The notes beneath the pieces are model-generated. The model did no database searches, was not told where the DNA came from, and saw only the letters and a list, made by a program, of their open reading frames with translations. 64,000 bases of DNA from Candidatus Yaniella excrementavium (GTDB lineage Bacteria > Actinomycetota > Actinomycetes > Actinomycetales > Micrococcaceae), in contig DXCT01000005.1 in assembly GCA_019115865.1 (NCBI GenBank), positions 26,057 through 90,056 on the forward strand. The letters are read 5' to 3'. This document shows, piece by piece, positions 45,069 through 54,208 of this stretch. The position numbers were made by a program, and so were the translations under genes. The stretch's first letter is position 1; each line of letters opens with the position of its first letter.

Positions 45069-45235
45069 GTTCATTCCTCCTGTGTGTATTCAAGTGCGGA
45101 TGCACTTAGCTTTTCCAGGCAGGAACTGCACAACACCGAAGGTGTTGACAAAGCCTCGTCGATCACGGAGTGGGTGAGACTCCCTCGCCTGGGCAACGAG
45201 TCACAACTATAGCATCTGCGTCCGTTAGAAACGAA

Positions 45236-45267
45236 TTCGACCACTAGCCCGAAGGCTAGTGGTCGAA
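45236..45267 (-). terminator. Hairpin after prs
   Basis: TTCGACCACTAGCC-cgaa-GGCTAGTGGTCGAA (UUCG loop on minus strand). Confidence 0.75.
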
Positions 45268-45289
45268 CGGCTTATGACAAGACTATTCG

Positions 45290-46270
45290 TTATGCGTTTC
45301 CGTCGAACAGGCTGGTGACAGAACCGTCTTCAAAGACTTCGCGAATTGCGTTGGCCAAAATCGGCGCTACCGAAAGGACCGTGAGGTTTTCAAAACGCTT
45401 CTCCTGTGGGATCGGCAAGGTGTTGGTAACAACCACTTCCGATGCTCCAGAGTTCGCTAAGCGTTCGGCGGCTGGGTCAGAAAACACGGCATGGGTTGCA
45501 GCGATGATGACTTCCGTTGCGCCGGCATCTTTCAGAATCTTTACCGCACCAGAAATTGTGCCACCGGTATCGATCATGTCGTCAATCAGAACACAAGTAC
45601 GTCCACTGACCTGACCTACAACGGTCTTGGATTCTGCCTTATTTGGTTGTGTCAGATCACGAGACTTGTGAACGAATGCAAGCGGCGCCCCACCGAGACG
45701 TTCTGCCCACTGTTCAGCGACACGTACGCGACCTGTATCCGGGGAAACCACGGTGACGTTGTCGACATCGACACGCCCCCGGATATAATCAGCCAGGATT
45801 GGGAAGGCGAATAGGTGGTCCACTGGTCCGTCAAAGAAACCCTGGATCTGCGAAGTGTGCAGGTCCATAGTCATCACGCGGTGTGCACCGGTGGCAAGAT
45901 AGAGATCCGAAATCATACGCGCCGAAATGGGCTCACGGCCGCGACCTTTTTTGTCCTGTCGGGCATACGGGTAAAACGGGGATACAACGGTGATGCGGCG
46001 GGCAGAAGCACGCTTCATCGCGTCGCAGAGCAGCAGCTGTTCCATGACCCAGTTGTTCATTGGTGCCGGATGCGCCTGTAATACAAAGACATCTTTACCG
46101 CGCACGGATTGACCTGGTCGAACGTATGTCTCTCCGTTTGCAAAGTCATAAGCATCTAACGGCAAGAGTTCCGTGCCCAAATGCTCGGCGATTTCCTCTG
46201 CCAGCTCTGGGTGCGCCCGCCCGGAGGCCAACACAAGTTTTTTGTTCTCATTGGTGACGATTTCGCTCAA
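45290..46270 (-). CDS. prs: Ribose-phosphate pyrophosphokinase
   Basis: FANGE, PYARQDKK, DLHTSQIQGFF, VSPDTG, IDDMIDTGGT. Confidence 0.97.
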   Translation of the reverse strand: MSEIVTNENKKLVLASGRAHPELAEEIAEHLGTELLPLDAYDFANGETYVRPGQSVRGKDVFVLQAHPAPMNNWVMEQLLLCDAMKRASARRITVVSPFYPYARQDKKGRGREPISARMISDLYLATGAHRVMTMDLHTSQIQGFFDGPVDHLFAFPILADYIRGRVDVDNVTVVSPDTGRVRVAEQWAERLGGAPLAFVHKSRDLTQPNKAESKTVVGQVSGRTCVLIDDMIDTGGTISGAVKILKDAGATEVIIAATHAVFSDPAAERLANSGASEVVVTNTLPIPQEKRFENLTVLSVAPILANAIREVFEDGSVTSLFDGNA

Positions 46271-46355
46271 CCAAGTTCTCCCTCGAACGTTCGGCGTCTT
46301 CTGAATGCTTCAACTGTAAACGCTACTACAGCCTTCCAACAGTCTGTTGGGAAGT

Positions 46356-47810
46356 TTATGATTTTCCGTTGGATGCACGAGCCGCTTTTGCAGCTGCAGA
46401 ATCGGGTCGACGGTCCAGGACCCAGTCCTCAATGGTGCGTTGCTCCATCGCGTTCATAGCCAGAGCCCCCGCTGGTACGTCCCGACGGATCACCGCGCCA
46501 GCGGCAGTGTATGCGCCGTCACCAATATTGACCGGTGCCGTGAAGACGGTATTCGAACCGGTACGAACTTCGGCACCGATGACGGTGCGGTGTTTATTCA
46601 CTCCGTCATAGTTCGCGGTGATGTTGCCGCAACCGATATTCGAGTTTTCGCCAATTTCTGCGTCGCCTGCATAACCGAGGTGAGAGAGTTTTGCCCCGCG
46701 ACCAATTTTGACATTCTTTGTTTCGTAGAACGCGCCAATCTTTCCACTGTCACCGAGGACTGTGCCCGGGCGTAGGTAGGTGAAGGGGCCGACGTTGGCG
46801 CCAATGCCAATGAATGCTTCGGTAGCTTCAGTACGTCGAACGGTTGCGTCTTCGTCAACAATAACGTCGCGCAGCGTGGTGTCCGGTCCGATGACAGCTC
46901 CCGGGGCAATCTTGGTTGCACCATGCAGCTGAGTATTCGGCTTGAGGGTCACATCTTGGGCCAGGTCAACATCGACATCGATCCAAGTTGTTGCAGGATC
47001 CACGATTGACACACCGGCCCGCATCCAGCCCTCGGTGATTCGACGGTTGAGCTCAGCACCAAGCGCAGCTAATTGGGTGCGATCGTTGACGCCTTCAACT
47101 TCCATCAAATCTTCGGTCGCATATGTTGCCACACGGCCACCTTCGGCCCGAGCCAAACCGAGAACATCAGTCAAATATTTCTCGCCCTGAACATTATCAG
47201 TCGTGACTTCAGCCAACGTTCTGGCTAGGATTGCACCGTCGAAGGCGTAAATACCCGAGTTAATTTCTGTGATATTTGCGATCGTGGGATCACCTGTATC
47301 TTCGGCGATCTTCAAAGCATCCTTGTGCTCAACAATTCTGCTCACTAGGCCCTCATCATCGCGTACGATGCGGCCGTATCCCGTCGCGTCTGGGACATTG
47401 GCGCTGAGCACGGTAACCGCGTTCTGAGCATTCTGATGTTCACTTACCAAAGCTCTGAGAGTTTCCGGGGTGAGTAAAGGAACATCTCCATAGGTCACAA
47501 CGACGGTGCCGTGTATTGCACCGATAGCTTCCAAACCTTGTTCTACAGCTCGGCCGGTGCCAGGTACTTCGTCCTGATCCGCGATGACGAGGTCGGGATG
47601 GTGTTCAAGCAGATGTTCAACCACGCGTTCACGCTGGTGACGAACCACGGCCACAAGGTGCTCTGGGTTCAAGCTCATGACTGCATCGAGGGCATGGCCA
47701 ACGAGTGAACGTCCACCCATGGGATGCAAAATTTTTGGAAGATGAGATTTCATCCGCGTGCCGGCGCCGGCGGCTAGCACGATTACAGCCGCGGGAGAAG
47801 AGGAATTCAA
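46356..47810 (-). CDS. glmU: Bifunctional UDP-GlcNAc pyrophosphorylase / glucosamine-1-phosphate acetyltransferase
   Basis: LAAGAGTRMKS, GDVPL, GYGRI, EKYLTD, hexapeptide repeats, NYDG. Confidence 0.97.
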   Translation of the reverse strand: MNSSSPAAVIVLAAGAGTRMKSHLPKILHPMGGRSLVGHALDAVMSLNPEHLVAVVRHQRERVVEHLLEHHPDLVIADQDEVPGTGRAVEQGLEAIGAIHGTVVVTYGDVPLLTPETLRALVSEHQNAQNAVTVLSANVPDATGYGRIVRDDEGLVSRIVEHKDALKIAEDTGDPTIANITEINSGIYAFDGAILARTLAEVTTDNVQGEKYLTDVLGLARAEGGRVATYATEDLMEVEGVNDRTQLAALGAELNRRITEGWMRAGVSIVDPATTWIDVDVDLAQDVTLKPNTQLHGATKIAPGAVIGPDTTLRDVIVDEDATVRRTEATEAFIGIGANVGPFTYLRPGTVLGDSGKIGAFYETKNVKIGRGAKLSHLGYAGDAEIGENSNIGCGNITANYDGVNKHRTVIGAEVRTGSNTVFTAPVNIGDGAYTAAGAVIRRDVPAGALAMNAMEQRTIEDWVLDRRPDSAAAKAARASNGKS

Positions 47811-47862
47811 AACAATCGCACCTTTGATCGTAAGACACTATTTCTCAACCGCGATGCGGCAG

Positions 47863-47934
47863 TTCCGCCCCTAGGATTCGAACCTAGACCACACAGCTCC
47901 AAAGGCTGGCGTGCTGCCATTACACCAGGGCGGA
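47863..47934 (-). tRNA. tRNA-Gln (anticodon TTG), CCA not encoded
   Basis: TCCGCCC/GGGCGGA acceptor stem, CAGC-CTTTGGA-GCTG anticodon arm, CTAGG-TTCGAAT-CCTAG T arm; usual position upstream of glmU. Confidence 0.95.
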
Positions 47935-48028
47935 ATGTCGATCTTTGATCAACACCTCAAACATTGTGCCACAGATATGTATAAATTCCGAATTCCTACA
48001 ACAGTCTGCAGCATTGGCATGCAACGAG

Positions 48029-48415
48029 CTACTTTATATCTGCGTTGGTCCAGGCATCCTTGAGTGCTGCAACGAGTTCAGGTTTGCGCATGGACGAACG
48101 ACCCACAATGTGGTGCTGCCGAGCAAGTCGATAAAGCTCATCGAAGCCTACGTCCTCCCAACGCGTTGTCGGGCTACTAGCAACATCGGCAGGGTCGTAC
48201 ATTTCATCGGCAGGTTCTGCGGTGTTGTCCTGGATGCCTACATCTACCCTAGGCGGCAAGGTATCGAGCAGGGCCTGCAACCTACTGCTGCCGCGCAGTC
48301 GATTCAGCGCATATAGCCCGGCCAATGTACCGCCTAGCGCAACAGCACTAGCACTCAGAACCTGACCGACACCCTGCCCACTTAATGATTTTGCTATCTT
48401 GCGCATACGCCTCAT
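48029..48415 (-). CDS. Hypothetical protein: N-terminal hydrophobic anchor plus C-terminal Rho_N-like helical domain
   Basis: ELYRLARQHHIVGRSSMRKPELVAAL. Confidence 0.6.
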   Translation of the reverse strand: MRRMRKIAKSLSGQGVGQVLSASAVALGGTLAGLYALNRLRGSSRLQALLDTLPPRVDVGIQDNTAEPADEMYDPADVASSPTTRWEDVGFDELYRLARQHHIVGRSSMRKPELVAALKDAWTNADIK

Positions 48416-48503
48416 GAACCTTCTCTGTAATCGCCCCCTTCAAGCGAAAAACTCTGGCGCCAATGATTGCTCATCGACACCAGAGTTTTCAGGCTAGGAA
48501 GCT

Positions 48504-49031
48504 TTAGTCATTCTCAATAAACTTGTTGATGATTGCCTCATTAAATGCCGGAAGATCCTTCGGGGTCCGGGAGGTAATCAAATTCCCGTCAACCACGAGC
48601 TCTTCATCCGCCCAGTTAGCGCCGGCGTTACGCAGATCGGTCTGCAAGCTTGGATAGCTTGTCATGTTTCGATCTTTGAGCACGTCTGCTTCGGCGAGAA
48701 TCCAGGCGGCATGGCAGATAGAAGCCACGGTCTTATTTGCATCGAAGAAAGCGCGGGTGAAGTCCACGGCGTCTTTATTCATGCGAATTTGGTCTGCGTT
48801 CTTCGTTCCGCCCGGGAGCACGAGCCCGTCAAAATCCTCAGCATCCGCCTCGGCGATATCGAGATCCACTGCTTGGGAGTGATCACCGCCACTGACTTCT
48901 GGTGATTCCGGGGAGACAAGAACAGCTTCTGCCCCGTGATCCACAACGGTGTCCCACGGCGAAGAAAGTTCGGAGGGCTCGTAACCATTCGTGACTAGAA
49001 ACGCTATGCGACGGCCTTTAAGGTCGCTCAT
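48504..49031 (-). CDS. PfpI/DJ-1 family protein
   Basis: GYEPSE, LVLPGG, ICHA nucleophile, LITSRTPKDL; RBS AAGGAG. Confidence 0.9.
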   Translation of the reverse strand: MSDLKGRRIAFLVTNGYEPSELSSPWDTVVDHGAEAVLVSPESPEVSGGDHSQAVDLDIAEADAEDFDGLVLPGGTKNADQIRMNKDAVDFTRAFFDANKTVASICHAAWILAEADVLKDRNMTSYPSLQTDLRNAGANWADEELVVDGNLITSRTPKDLPAFNEAIINKFIEND

Positions 49032-49094
49032 GAATTCACTCCTTAACAATTAGGTGTATTACCACCGTAGTCGGCTGCTGAAGTGTTCGAAAGG

Positions 49095-49679
49095 TCAGAG
49101 AGTTCGTTTATACGGGAAAGTATTAACCACACCAATAGCTTCAAACATCGCAAAGACAATGGTCGGACCAACAAAACGAAATCCAAGTTTTTTCATGTGT
49201 TTCGCTAACGCTACTGACTCAGGTGATTGAGTGGGCGGGTAGCCCTCGCTATCAAGCACCGGATCACTATCAGGCTCGTATGACCAAATGAGTTTGGCCA
49301 GCCCACCGTGTTGTCGCAAAGCGATGGTCGCTTTCGCATTTCCAATAACAGCTTGGATCTTCTGACGATTCCGGACAATGTCAGCATTCGTCATCAACGC
49401 GTCGACATCGTGGTCGCCAAAACTGGCCACGATGTCTGGCTCAAAATCGGCAAAGGCTGCACGAAATGCGGGACGTTTCTTCAGGATCGTCAACCAGGAC
49501 AGACCCGCTTGAAAGCCCTCCAAGCTCAGGCGCTCAAACAGGCCCTTTTCATCGTGTACGGGCTGACCCCATTCAGTGTCAAAGTAATGCTGCAATAACG
49601 GATGCGTCACAGCCCAGCGTGGACGCGCAGTGCCATCCTCATCAAATACAACTCCTGGAATTTCACTGTGTTGCTGCAT
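49095..49679 (-). CDS. tag: DNA-3-methyladenine glycosylase I
   Basis: DTEWG, LSLEGFQAGLSWLTIL, IVRNRQKI, GFRFVGPT. Confidence 0.9.
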   Translation of the reverse strand: MQQHSEIPGVVFDEDGTARPRWAVTHPLLQHYFDTEWGQPVHDEKGLFERLSLEGFQAGLSWLTILKKRPAFRAAFADFEPDIVASFGDHDVDALMTNADIVRNRQKIQAVIGNAKATIALRQHGGLAKLIWSYEPDSDPVLDSEGYPPTQSPESVALAKHMKKLGFRFVGPTIVFAMFEAIGVVNTFPYKRTL

Positions 49680-50205
49680 GCGGTTTCGCACCTCGCTCCA
49701 AGGCAAGTAAGTACCTCTTCGCTTCGGGGGTGCCGCTAAATTCACCGTATGTGCCATCAGCCCGCACCACCCTATGACACGGCTGAATGATCGGCATAGG
49801 GTTGCGGGCACATGCGCTACCAACAGCACGTGCCGCCCCGGGCTTGTCGAGCTGGCGTGCCAGTTGACCATATGACCGAGTTTGCCCGTATGGGATCGTT
49901 TCTAAATTCTGCTGCACAGTAGTGATGAAACGGTCAGAAGTTTCCCGTTGCAGCGGCAGCTCAAATGATGTTCGCGTTCCAGCAAAGTATTCATCAAATT
50001 GTGTTGTGGCATACCGTAGGGCTTCATCGTCCCGGAGCACCGGTACCCCAAATTGCTTTTCGAGCCCCTCGACCACGCGATTAAAGTCATGGTTCTCAAA
50101 TGCCACATGAATGATGCCCGCATCCTGGGCAGCAATTAGCAGCTTGCCGATCGCTGAGGGCATGGTCGCGTAGCGGATGACTGCTGTCTGGACAGGTTCG
50201 GCCAT
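49663..50205 (-). CDS. ogt: Methylated-DNA--protein-cysteine methyltransferase
   Basis: IPYGQTRSYG, ARAVGSAC, PCHRV active site. Confidence 0.93.
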   Translation of the reverse strand: MAEPVQTAVIRYATMPSAIGKLLIAAQDAGIIHVAFENHDFNRVVEGLEKQFGVPVLRDDEALRYATTQFDEYFAGTRTSFELPLQRETSDRFITTVQQNLETIPYGQTRSYGQLARQLDKPGAARAVGSACARNPMPIIQPCHRVVRADGTYGEFSGTPEAKRYLLALERGAKPHAATQ

Positions 50206-50304
50206 GATGTACCACCTTGGTTGTGATGTCACAGCTCATTATGCCCGCTTTCAGCTGTCACGTCAGCTACCTTTCTGCAGTGTGGAAAACCTCACCACAC
50301 CTGG

Positions 50305-50333
50305 TTGACAACGCATGTCCCGAAGCCCATACT
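50305..50333 (+). promoter_or_regulatory. SigA-type promoter of nrtR-nad operon
   Basis: TTGACA-N17-CATACT. Confidence 0.7.
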
Positions 50334-50335
50334 TG

Positions 50336-50358
50336 CTTAAAGTCATATTGACTTTAAG
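50336..50358. promoter_or_regulatory. NrtR operator palindrome
   Basis: CTTAAAGTCA-tat-TGACTTTAAG over the predicted transcription start, upstream of nrtR-nadABC. Confidence 0.85.
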
Positions 50359-50406
50359 TAAGTCGCCAGAGATAGCCGTACTGCGAGCGCAAAGAAAAGG
50401 AGCACG

Positions 50407-51267
50407 GTGAGTTTTTCTGCCCCCAGTGCATCGGAACGCCGTTTTATGCCACCCGCCGTTGCGGTGTCCACGGTCGCATTTGCCTTGCATCCGCCCGGGG
50501 ACGCAAACGTTGCAGACCCTCGTTCAGGCGAGGTGATCTCCACCTGGGGCGAGTACGCAAGCCGCGAGGGTTCGCGGATCGAGCACGCAACGACCTTATG
50601 GCTGCCCTTGGTGCGCCGCACGCGGCCGCCATTTGACTCGCGGTGGGCGCTGCCTGGTGGACCGATCCCCTGGGATGAGGATCTATCTCAGACAGCGTCG
50701 CGAACATTGCACGAGACGGTGCTACGCTCCCCTAGCTATTTGGAACAGCTCTTTACATTTGGGGAGACCACCCGCTCGGCGTCCGCACAACGTCTCGTGA
50801 CCATCGCCTACTGGGGACTTTATGGTCAAGTGGACTTGACCACCGAACCCAACAGCGCAGTCTCCCGGGATATGGCAAGCGATATCGCTACCGCTACTCA
50901 GAACTCGGTCGCGGAGTTCTCCGAGACGCTCGTGGTTTCATCCGACGCGAATGTCGCTTGGTTTTCAATTGACCGTCTCCCCGAGTTGGCTTTTGATCAC
51001 GCAGCAATCATCGACTACGCGGTGTGGCGGCTGCGGCAACGCACCGAGTATTCCATGGTCGCCCACCGTTTTTTAGGAAAAGAATTCACGCTAGCCCAAT
51101 TGCGACGAGTCCACGAAGCCATCTTGGGCGATCAAATTGATCCGGCAAATTTTCGTCGCGACATGCTGGCCCAAGGTCAGCTCATTGATACGGAAAGAGT
51201 CGAAGAAGGCACACCACATCGCCCGGCGCGTTTGTATCGCTTCAAAGACCAGCCCGAACAACCATAA
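50407..51267 (+). CDS. nrtR: NrtR/NdnR Nudix-wHTH transcriptional regulator of NAD synthesis
   Basis: WALPGG, YLEQLFTFG, LAFDH, FTLAQL, DPANFRR, RPARLY; heads the nad operon. Confidence 0.9.
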   Translation: MSFSAPSASERRFMPPAVAVSTVAFALHPPGDANVADPRSGEVISTWGEYASREGSRIEHATTLWLPLVRRTRPPFDSRWALPGGPIPWDEDLSQTASRTLHETVLRSPSYLEQLFTFGETTRSASAQRLVTIAYWGLYGQVDLTTEPNSAVSRDMASDIATATQNSVAEFSETLVVSSDANVAWFSIDRLPELAFDHAAIIDYAVWRLRQRTEYSMVAHRFLGKEFTLAQLRRVHEAILGDQIDPANFRRDMLAQGQLIDTERVEEGTPHRPARLYRFKDQPEQP

Positions 51268-51296
51268 ATTCCACAGTTTCTACCGCAAGGAGTCCT

Positions 51297-52610
51297 ATGA
51301 CCAGCGTTGCAGATTTAGTTGCTTCGGCTGCCGCTACCGAACAGCGCAGCCGTACCCTGTTGGGCGAGACCATCACTTTTGGCGAGCCCTCAGATATCAC
51401 GACCACGTGCGACAATCAGCTACCGACGGCACCATGGCAGATCGATACCAAACCAGGTTATGGTCCAGGTGCTTCAACCTTGGACACCGCTCCGACCACG
51501 GCCCCACGGCAAGGTCCAATTCCTGCTGAATACACCGAAGCCAGTGCTGCGGAGCTAGATGCTCGAATCATTGCCGCCAAGGAGACACTTGGTGGTCGTA
51601 CAAAAATTTTGGGGCATTTCTATCAGCGTGATGAGATCGTTCAATATGCCGATTTTGTGGGTGACTCCTTCATGCTGGCACAAGCTGCCAAAGATCACCC
51701 AGAAGCCGAAACGTTTATCTTTTGTGGCGTGCATTTTATGGCAGAAACCGCTGACATCCTCTCAACGGATGCGCAATCGGTTATTCTGCCCAACCTGGCT
51801 GCAGGGTGCTCGATGGCAGATATGGCGACCATCGACCAGGTCGAAGAGGCTTGGGAACAACTCACTGAAGCACTTGGGACCTCAACCACGGGTCAGGCCG
51901 AGGTCATCCCCGTGACCTATATGAACTCTTCTGCCGCTATTAAAGCATTCTGTGGACGCAACGGAGGCATCGTCTGCACATCTTCGAATGCCAAGACTGT
52001 GCTGGAATGGGCATTTAGTCGCGGTAAGCGGGTCATCTTTTTCCCGGACCAGCACCTTGGCCGCAACACCGCAAAAACCATGGGGATTACTGAAGAGCAA
52101 ATGCCATTGTGGCGCCCGTACCTGCCAATGGGAGGCAACACCCAACAGCAGTTACAAGATGCCAAAGTCATTTTGTGGAACGGTTTCTGCTCGGTTCATA
52201 AGCGCTTCACCGTCGCCCAGATCGACAAGGCCCGCGCTGACTACCCGAACGCCAAAGTCATCGTCCACCCTGAGTGCCCAGCACCCGTTGTAGAAGCTGC
52301 CGACGGGGTAGGCTCCACCGAGTACATCCGTAAGACTATCGCGGCCGGTCAACCAGGTGACGTGTTTGCGGTTGGGACCGAGATCAACCTGGTGAACCGT
52401 TTGCAGTCCCAGCACCGCGATATGACAATCTTCTGCCTGGACCCGGTGATTTGTCCGTGTTCAACCATGTATCGCATTCACCCTGCCTACCTAGCCTGGG
52501 TCCTGGAATCATTGGTTGCCGGTACAACACCCAACCAAATTTCCGTAGCCCCCACGGTTTCAACCGATGCATCGGTTGCACTGGAGCGCATGCTGGCGGC
52601 CCGACCATGA
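51297..52610 (+). CDS. nadA: Quinolinate synthase
   Basis: GHFYQR, FCGVHFMAET, GCSMA, CTSSNA, FCSVH, HPEC, CPCSTM. Confidence 0.95.
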   Translation: MTSVADLVASAAATEQRSRTLLGETITFGEPSDITTTCDNQLPTAPWQIDTKPGYGPGASTLDTAPTTAPRQGPIPAEYTEASAAELDARIIAAKETLGGRTKILGHFYQRDEIVQYADFVGDSFMLAQAAKDHPEAETFIFCGVHFMAETADILSTDAQSVILPNLAAGCSMADMATIDQVEEAWEQLTEALGTSTTGQAEVIPVTYMNSSAAIKAFCGRNGGIVCTSSNAKTVLEWAFSRGKRVIFFPDQHLGRNTAKTMGITEEQMPLWRPYLPMGGNTQQQLQDAKVILWNGFCSVHKRFTVAQIDKARADYPNAKVIVHPECPAPVVEAADGVGSTEYIRKTIAAGQPGDVFAVGTEINLVNRLQSQHRDMTIFCLDPVICPCSTMYRIHPAYLAWVLESLVAGTTPNQISVAPTVSTDASVALERMLAARP

Positions 52611-54208
52611 TCGTTGTCGTGGGGGCCGGCGTCGCTGGACTCACCGCCGTCGAGCGACTTGCTACCGCCGGGGCGCCCGTGACACTTTTGACCGCTGGGA
52701 ATTTTGGCGCTGACGCGATCTCTGCGGGGAACACCGCTCTGGCCCAGGGTGGCATTGCAGCAGCACTGGGCCCAGACGACTCTGCGTTGTTACACTTTGG
52801 CGACACGATGCTGGCAGGTGCAGGACTCGTTGATCCCGCGGCAGCAGAAGTCCTCACCACCGAAGGTGCAGAGCGGGTGCGCGAATTACTCTCGGCAGGC
52901 TTTCCAGCTGACACTGATGCTCAGGGCAAGCTAACATTTGGGCTCGAGGCTGCACACCGGCGCGCTCGTATCCTGCATGCGGGTGAAGACAGTACCGGCG
53001 CAGCTCTATCGGATTTTCTGACCAACCGTGTGCAGCAGCTTGCAGATGATGGCCGCGTGCACATTATCGAGAAGGCATGGCTAACCGAGCTGGTGGTCGC
53101 CAACGGAAGAATCAGCGGAGTGTGTTACACCTGCCCTACCGGAATTCAACGCTTGGCTACCGACACCGTGATCATGGCAACCGGCGGTTATGCCGGACTC
53201 TTTCCTACGACGTCGTCATCTTTTGCAAGCACCGGCCACGGTCTACTTGCTGCAGCTCGCGCCGGAGCAGTGGTGGCCGATATGGAATTTCTCCAGTTTC
53301 ATCCCACGGCGTTGGCAAAAACTGGTGACCTTTTATCCGAAGCAGTTCGTGGGGCCGGGGCGGTCTTGCGCGACCCCACTGGCTATCAGTTCCTTAAGGA
53401 GTACCATACGGATGCCGAATTAGCGCCACGTGATGTGGTCTCCAGAGCATCCTTTGCCGTTATGGAAGCATTTGACTCAGATGCGGTCTTCTTGGATGCC
53501 ACCGTGATCGAGGACCGCTATGGTTCGGGTACGTTGGCCCGTCGCTTCCCCCAATTGACCGTCATGCTAGAAACTCACGGAATCGACTGGACTAGACAAT
53601 ACGTCCCGGTTGCACCAGCAGCCCACTACTGCATGGGCGGGGTCGCTACAGATAGTTATGCTCGGACTTCTATTCCAGGATTATTGGCTGCCGGAGAGCT
53701 TGCTTCCACCGGCGTGCACGGAGCCAACCGGCTGGCCTCGAACTCGCTACTGGAAGGTCTGGTCTTTGGTGCCCGAGCTGCAGAGACCGCGCAGTCTTTT
53801 CACAAGGACGGGGCCTGGCAGGTAGGGCCGTCCTTGCAAGCACTCATGGATACAGCAGGTCACGTTGATTCGTGCGGGCGGGGCATGACTAAACACACCC
53901 GGCTGGCCGATTTGCAACGACTTATCGGAAAACATCTCGGCCTCACACGAGGCCACGAAGGGCTCGTAACTTTACTGTCAGCCCTCGATACCATCACGCA
54001 TCCTGCAGCCGATCTCCTTCGGATCATGGCAACCGCGGCTTTAGCCCGCACAGAATCGCGTGGTGGCCATTGGCGTGCCGACTATCCTAATCCTGACCCG
54101 CGCCAGAACCGCCGCACGGCATGGCGGTTAGCCACCACACTAACGAATCTGGCACAGGAGCAGGATGTCCAACGAATCAAGGAGAATGCATCGAATGTTA
54201 ACGTCTAA
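52607..54208 (+). CDS. nadB: L-aspartate oxidase
   Basis: GAGVAG, AQGGIA, EAAH, QFHPT, SEAVRG, ELAPRD, HYCMGG, HGANRLASNSLLE. Confidence 0.93.
   Translation: MIVVVGAGVAGLTAVERLATAGAPVTLLTAGNFGADAISAGNTALAQGGIAAALGPDDSALLHFGDTMLAGAGLVDPAAAEVLTTEGAERVRELLSAGFPADTDAQGKLTFGLEAAHRRARILHAGEDSTGAALSDFLTNRVQQLADDGRVHIIEKAWLTELVVANGRISGVCYTCPTGIQRLATDTVIMATGGYAGLFPTTSSSFASTGHGLLAAARAGAVVADMEFLQFHPTALAKTGDLLSEAVRGAGAVLRDPTGYQFLKEYHTDAELAPRDVVSRASFAVMEAFDSDAVFLDATVIEDRYGSGTLARRFPQLTVMLETHGIDWTRQYVPVAPAAHYCMGGVATDSYARTSIPGLLAAGELASTGVHGANRLASNSLLEGLVFGARAAETAQSFHKDGAWQVGPSLQALMDTAGHVDSCGRGMTKHTRLADLQRLIGKHLGLTRGHEGLVTLLSALDTITHPAADLLRIMATAALARTESRGGHWRADYPNPDPRQNRRTAWRLATTLTNLAQEQDVQRIKENASNVNV

Noticed and set aside
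47811-48028. tRNA-Gln as integration site of a genomic island
   Set aside because: The 3' end leads directly into glmU; no integrase and no duplicated tRNA 3' end seen
48504-49031. PfpI (class I glutamine amidotransferase-like fold) as replacement glutaminase for GatA
   Set aside because: DJ-1/PfpI proteins are glyoxalase/protease-type stress enzymes, and the gene is 32 kb from gatCAB with no link
50222-50233. TGTGA-tg-TCACA upstream of ogt as a CRP site
   Set aside because: Spacer is 2 nt rather than 6
52451-52606. ORF-track N-terminal extensions (nadB 52451, APH 11497, GNAT 17444, tag 49871, mutase 34435, VOC 8991)
   Set aside because: They overlap neighbouring genes or terminators; downstream starts with an RBS, ATGA coupling or leaderless -10 fit better
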